DNA from: Tubiluchus corallicola
Lineage: Eukaryota; Animalia; Priapulida
Length of the DNA stretch: 17,492 nt
Direction of reading: 5' to 3'
Assembly (NCBI GenBank): GCA_030141605.1
Contig: JAQGDQ010002026.1
Span: 1 to 17,492 of the forward strand
This document shows, piece by piece, positions 11,342-17,492 of the stretch. The notes under the pieces are model-generated. The model saw nothing but the letters and a program-made list of their open reading frames with translations. It had not been told where the DNA came from and did no database searches. Within the stretch, counting starts at the first letter, position 1. Each line of letters begins with the position of its first letter. Position numbers and translations under genes: made by a program.

Positions 11342-12276
11342 GGTTAAAGGGAACGGACATCGTCCAGCGCAGTAATAGGCATCGAACTTTTTTGGAGCAA
11401 TGATCCATTCACCCCATCCAATATCCGCAATATCCACAGTCAATTTCCGTTTGCTGCACGTATCCACTGGATGAACTCGAATTTCGTTACTAAGCCTGTT
11501 CCCGAATTTATCCTTTTCATCATCATCAAAAGTTTCATCGTCGTCGTCGACGCGTTGTCGTCGCCGGTGCTTCCGGTTACGACGTCTCCATCCTTTCGGA
11601 TACGGAATCTCCCTGAATTTCTCCTTTCTCCGCTTCCGCTTCCGGGGTTGCAGAATTCCCGGATGAGTTTTTGGTATCTGCACGTGCGTCTCGTTTTCGT
11701 CTGGCAGCTCGTTATCAAAAATGGATCGTTCGTAACGTTTCTGTTCCTCGTAAACTGCAACATCAGCAACATTGATTGCTCTCTTTTTCCTGTCTTTATC
11801 ATCGGTAATTTCCACTTTATTTGCATCGTCTTTCAGCAGTGGCTTGAAGAGCTTTTGTTTTTCTAGGATTTTTTCTTCGATGTCTTCCAGTGTGACGTTG
11901 CTGTTGTCGTTGGAGAAGATGACGACAAACGCGGACACTCCCGGACGGATGACCCGATGCTTCCGTACCTTCATCCGACTTCCGCTCTTTTGGTTGTCGG
12001 CGTAAAACCGGATCCCGAGAATTCCCGATGATCCTCGTTTCCGGTTTTTTTTCACCACGTTTGTGATGTCGTACGAACACCAACTGTGCACGTCGGATTT
12101 GAGCAAAATCTTTTCAATCTCTTTCAGCGGTACGTCAGTCAGTTGCATGAAAAGATTTCTGCTATTGAATCGCGACTTCATTTTCTTTTGATTGAGATGA
12201 ATTTCGGCGCGGAAGACGTCTTCGGCTAGGTCGACCGAGCTGAGATTGAACACAAGCATCTCCGTGTAATGTGAAT
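11339..12276 (-). CDS. BMP3: BMP3/GDF10-like TGF-beta ligand, internal exon (prodomain, furin sites, N-terminal half of the mature domain)
   Basis: Acceptor tttcctttaatttcAG|AT TCA CAT TAC ACG GAG ATG (phase 1). Prodomain motifs LVFNLSS...RAEIHL, W.SYDIT..V and [12 protein letters not shown] at 11791-11780, the BMP3/GDF10-type DNELP motif, and [37 protein letters not shown]. Confidence 0.95.
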
Positions 12277-12841
12277 CTGAAATTAAAGGAAAACGTTACT
12301 AAAAATTTATATTTTCGTATTTTGCGCCCACAAAATTTTTTTTAAAGCGAAAAGTAACAGTCACCGTAGGAACACAGCGTGGTGATGTCGTTTCGTGGAT
12401 TATGGAGAGATCTAGAAATGGATTTAGTAAATTGATTTATTGTGGATTTTTTTTAAAAAAATGGATAAAAAAGAAAATTTGCGAAAAATGTATAACTGAC
12501 GTCACTTGACATACTTAATATTGCGTTAAATTTTTTTATTATGTGTACTTATTTTAAATGTGTTTTAATATGTGTGTCATCTTTTGCAACTAGATGAAAT
12601 ATGTGATATGAATAATTTATAATACTCATATTCATATTCATAACTTATCTGAAAAGGGAAAGAGTCAATGAGTTTTACACTTCACCCTCCCCCCTATAAT
12701 TCATATAATATCATACAGACTTATATAAAAATAAGCAACAATTATTCATTCTAATCGTGTAACTTTAACTGGGTTTTTTAACTGTGTGATTTACGATGCT
12801 TAATGAAATATAAATTTATAACATCTTGTAACCACTTAGTA

Positions 12842-13402
<561 letters not shown>

Positions 13403-14398
13403 TATTTTTGAGTTTGCACAAGTTATTCTCAGTTTATGCTATTGTCTCAGTAAATGTCACAAAAGAACCAAACTGGTGATTTGCAAAACTTGTGCAATTA
13501 TCCAGGCCAAGTTAAATGAAAAAGAAGACATTTTAATTTGTTTTAGTGCTCAAACGAAAAATGAATTGTGTAAATAAATAAACTCGTTCGTAAATAGCTG
13601 ACTCAAGACTTTCTCAAAATATACGAGTTCATAGAAAATACAGGATGTTCCAAAAGAAACGATGCAATAGAAATATGCTCATCAAATAACACAGAAACTT
13701 TACCATGGACTTGATGAAGTAAAAAAAACACTTCAGGATAAGTGCATCTGCATAATTTTATTTTATTATTCAGCCTTTTTTTCTGGAACACCCTGTAGTT
13801 CAGCAAGATCTTGGTTTTGACTGTTCAACCGCTTGAAAGGTCATTATGTCCTAAAGCATCTGAAGAAAATGTCAACTCCAGATTCTACTTATACTAAAAC
13901 ACTCTTTTGTTGAACGTGAATTCTCGACAAAGGATTGGCGCACCGTATTTCGAACAACTTTTGCTCCACCTGTTGTCTGTAACACAAAACGCAAAATGGA
14001 CGGTCTCCATCAACAGGGCACCTTTCATACGATTAAAAGTCAAACATCTCTATGGTCTACCATGTATTGCCAAGCTAATAAGAGAACAAAAGGCAGGCAT
14101 TTGACGTGAAAATATTTGTTTAGAAGTTACTGACGGTTAAATACCTACTAATGGCTGATTTGAAAGGACCTTCCACAGATGTTTACTTAGAATAAGCAGA
14201 TTTTAATGGATTCCTAGTACAACAAGAACGCCAGACGTTTGAGTTCAGAAATTAGCTCAAGAAAAAAGTTATCCGAATTAAGTGACTACCTAAAAAGGTC
14301 TGCCATGATCGCTAGTGTCGCCATCTGCAAATTTTACTTTTAAACAAAGTCAGTTTAAGCTCTTTTCGCAGTTTCGTTGTGCGCACGCGCATTGCCGT

Positions 14399-14698
14399 AG
14401 GTCAAAGGTTAAGTGTACTACAGCAACGCGTCTTAATTGCAGCCGTCATGTCACATGTGTGTAAAGCAAGCCGTGTGCCGCATCGGTTCAGTAACTTAAT
14501 TGCTTTACGTGAACTTCACTTAACTATGCATTAGTCTGTGCTTAGAGTGATTTACTAGAAGGATTTTGCTTGGGAATAAGAAAAAATGGACTAGGCAAGA
14601 TTCTAGCTAAATGTTAAAACTGTATTACAACAGCATGGGTTGCTAGACGTTGTCAAGTGTACACAAATGCGCTGTCTAGTACATTTAACCTTTGACCT
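14399..14698. promoter_or_regulatory. Segment bounded by a 22-bp inverted repeat containing nuclear-receptor DR1 motifs (candidate enhancer or MITE)
   Basis: AGGTCAAAGGTTAAGTGTACTA (14399-14420) versus the reverse complement of 14677-14698, AGGTCAAAGGTTAAATGTACTA: 21 of 22 identical. Confidence 0.45.
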
Positions 14699-14717
14699 TT
14701 GAACTGTGTTTACTTAA

Positions 14718-15372
14718 AGCACAAAAAGCACTCTTAATAAAAGGAGCTTAAAATTTCGCCTTGAAGTTTTGTATCACAGCATGACTTACTGCATACAGAG
14801 CTTGCGTTAGCAGCAACGCTGTATGAAACTTGTAAATTTTAACTCCCGCGATGACCGTTAGGGGCAGCCATTTTAATGGTAAGTCGTTTGAACAAGTTTA
14901 GCTTACAAACCGTAAAGGTTTAAAAAATAATCAGCGCATTCTTAGTGCATTCTTTCCTAACTAAGGCAAGCGCTTAAATTACTTATGATTAGTAACATGT
15001 TTTTCGCGTCAGTGGTGCACACAGGAAAGGTGAGTCAGTGGTGCATACTGGGAAGGTAAGTCTGTGGTGCACACTGGGAAGATGAGTCAGTGGTGCACAC
15101 TGGGAAGGTAAGTCTGTGGTGCACACTGGGAAGATGAGTCAGTGGTGCACACTGGAAAGGTGAGTCTGTGGTGCACACTGGAAAGGTGAGTCTGTGGTGC
15201 ACACTGGGAAGGTGAGTCTGTGGTGCACACTAGGAAGGTGAGTCAGTGGTGCACACAGGAAAGGTGAGTCAGTGGTGCATACTGGGAAGGTAAGTCTGTG
15301 GTGCACACTGGGAAGATGAGTCAGTGGTGCACACTGGAAAGGTGAGTCTGTGGTGCACACTGCAAAGCTGAG
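14718..15372 (+). mobile_element. Kolobok-like element, copy D (3'-truncated, ends in 26-bp array)
   Basis: TTAA(14714-14717)|AGCACAAAAAG. The core is collinear with copies B and C up to the 26-mer position, where the array starts. Confidence 0.72.
15008..15372 (+). repeat. 26-bp satellite, ~14 units
   Basis: Unit GTC(A/T)GTGGTGCACACTGGGAAGGTGA. Confidence 0.97.
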
Positions 15373-15484
15373 CAATTTATGGACAAGACTTGCAAAGACA
15401 CGCAATGAAAGTGTTAGAATTTGACATCACGAGAGTTTTGTCATTCCAAGAGGTCAATATTTGTTTTGTAGCTAAAATAGTTAA

Positions 15485-17492
15485 AGGGAAAGAAAAGGGG
15501 AATTTTAAAGTGCATGACAAAGAATTTCCCACACAAAGTTATATTAGCTGGCATTAATTTTACCTGTTGGAAAGACTTACGTAGTTAGAAAATGAAAATT
15601 CTTATTCTAATTTAAAATGTTCGCACCACCTGGTAAAACAAAACTGACTCACCTTCCCAGTGTGCACCATTGACTCACCTTCCCAGTGTGCACCACGGAC
15701 TCACCTTCCCAGTGTGCACCACAGATTTACCTTCCCAGTGTGCACCACTGACTCACCTTCCCAGTGTGCACCACAGATTTACCTTCCCAGTGTGCACCAC
15801 TGACTCACCTTCCCAGTGTGCACCACGGACTCACTTTCCAGGGTGCACCACTGACTCACTTTTCCAGTGTGCACCACTGACTCACTTTTCCAGTGTGCAC
15901 ATCGGACTCATCTTCCCAGTGTGCACCATGGACTCACCTTCCCAGTGTGCACCATTGACTCACCTTCCCAGTGTGCGCCACTGACTCCCCTTTCCAGTGT
16001 GCACCACTGACTCACTTTTCCAGTGTGCACAACGGACTCATCTTCCCAGTGTGCACCACGGACTCACCTTCCCAGTGTGCACCATTGACTCACCTTCCCA
16101 GTGTGCACCACGGACTCATCTTCCCACTGTGCACCACAGATTTGCCTTCCCAGTGTGCACCACTGACTCACCTTTCCAGTGTGCACCACTGACTGACCTT
16201 TCCAGTGTGCACCACTGACTCGTCTTTCCAGTGTGCACCACGGACTCACTTTCCAGGGTGCACCACTGACTCACTTTTCCAGTGTGCACCATTGACTCAC
16301 CTTTCCAGTATGCACCATTGACTCACCTTCCCAGTGTGCACCACTGACTCACCTTCCCAGTGTGCGCCACTGACTCCCCTTTCCAGTGTGCACCACTGAC
16401 TCACTTTTCCAGTGTGCACAACGGACTCATCTTCCCAATGTGCACAACGGACTCACCTTCCCAGTGTGCACCATTGACTCACCTTCCCAGTGTGCACCAC
16501 GGACTCATCTTCCCAGTGTGCACCACAGATTTGCCTTCCCAGTGTGCACCACTGACTCACCTTTCCAGTGTGCACCACTGACTGACCTTTCCAGTGTGCA
16601 CCACTGACTCGTCTTTCCAGTGTGCACCACTTACTCACTTTCCCAGTGTGCACCACAGATTTACCTTTCCAGTGTGCACCACTGGCTCACCTTCCCAGTG
16701 TGCACCACAGATTTACCTTCCCAGTGTGCACCACTGACTCGCCTTCCCAGTGTGCACCACAGACTCACCTTTACAGTGTGCACCACAGACTCACCTTTCC
16801 AGTGTGCACCACAGACTCACCTTTCCAGTGTGCACCACAGACTCACCTTTCCAGTGTGCATCACAGACTCACCTTCCCAGTGTGCACAACGGACTCATCT
16901 TCCCAGTGTGCACCACGGACTCACCTTCCCAGTGTGCACCACAGACTCACCTTTCCAGTGTGCATCACAGACTCACCTTCCCAGTGTGCACAACGGACTC
17001 ATCTTCCCAGTGTGCACCACGGACTCACCTTCCTAGTGTGCACCACTGACTCACCATCCCAGTGTGCACCACAGACTCACCTTCCTAGTGTGCACCACTG
17101 ACTCACCTTCCCAGTGTGCACCACAGACTCACCTTCCCAGTGTGCACCACTGACTCACCTTTCCAGTGTGCACCACAGACTCACCTTCCCAGTGTGCACC
17201 ACAGACTCACCTTCCAAGTGTGCACCACTGACTCACCTTCCCAGTGTGCACCACAGACTCACCTTCCCAGTGTGCACCACAGACTCACCTTCCCAGTGTG
17301 CACCACAGACTCACCTTCCCAGTGTGCACCACAGACTCACCTTCCCAGTGTGCACCACTGACTCACCTTTCCAGTGTGCACCACTGACTCACCTTCCCAG
17401 TGTGCACCACAGACTCACCTTCAAAGTGTGCACCACAGACTCACCTTCCCAGTGTGCACCACAGACTCACCTTCCCAGTGTGCACCACAGAC
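15485..17492 (-). mobile_element. Kolobok-like element, copy E (inverted; right end plus expanded 26-bp array)
   Basis: TTAA(15481-15484)|AGGGAAAGAAAAG is the reverse complement of the copy B right end. 15485-15642 matches the 3' portion of copies A-C in reverse. Confidence 0.72.
15643..17492 (-). repeat. 26-bp satellite, ~71 units, opposite orientation, runs off right edge
   Basis: + strand unit GACTCACCTTCCCAGTGTGCACCAC(T/A/G) is the reverse complement of the 15008-15372 unit. Confidence 0.98.

Noticed and set aside
11440-12083. Alternative-frame and antisense ORFs overlapping the BMP3 exon (also 2363-2596)
   Set aside because: They are shadows of real coding sequence with no recognisable motifs.
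12257-12259. ATG as the start codon of the BMP3-like protein
   Set aside because: No signal peptide follows, it lies mid-prodomain, and a good acceptor sits 17 nt upstream with an open frame.
15008-17492. CRISPR-like or Cys/His-rich coding repeats (CTTDSPSQCAP ORFs)
   Set aside because: Units are head-to-tail with no unique spacers and no cas genes. The 26-bp period cycles through reading frames, so the ORFs are satellite artefacts.

Overview
AT-rich, repeat-dense animal (probably invertebrate) genomic DNA, not prokaryotic. The only well-supported gene is a minus-strand BMP3/GDF10-type TGF-beta ligand. Two of its coding exons are visible: a 938-nt internal exon (12276-11339) and the terminal exon (2609-2418), joined by an 8.7-kb phase-0 GT-AG intron. 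The signal-peptide exon lies beyond the right edge. The remaining ORF-track entries I examined are repeat translations, overlaps of the real exons or short unsupported ORFs. Non-coding content includes five copies of one TTAA-flanked (Kolobok-like) non-autonomous DNA transposon family, a tRNA-derived Meta/MESC-type SINE, a 360-bp solo-LTR-like insertion with a clean 5-bp TSD, 63-, 87-, 27/32- and 26-bp tandem arrays and many microsatellites. Most unusual: (i) the exon's own 5' splice site is the unit of a ~27-copy minisatellite; (ii) a 26-bp motif present once in some transposon copies has expanded into two inverted satellite arrays, and the larger array presents ~70 consensus splice donors on the gene's presumed sense strand. 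I see no evidence for a new multi-gene system; any function for these repeats is hypothesis.
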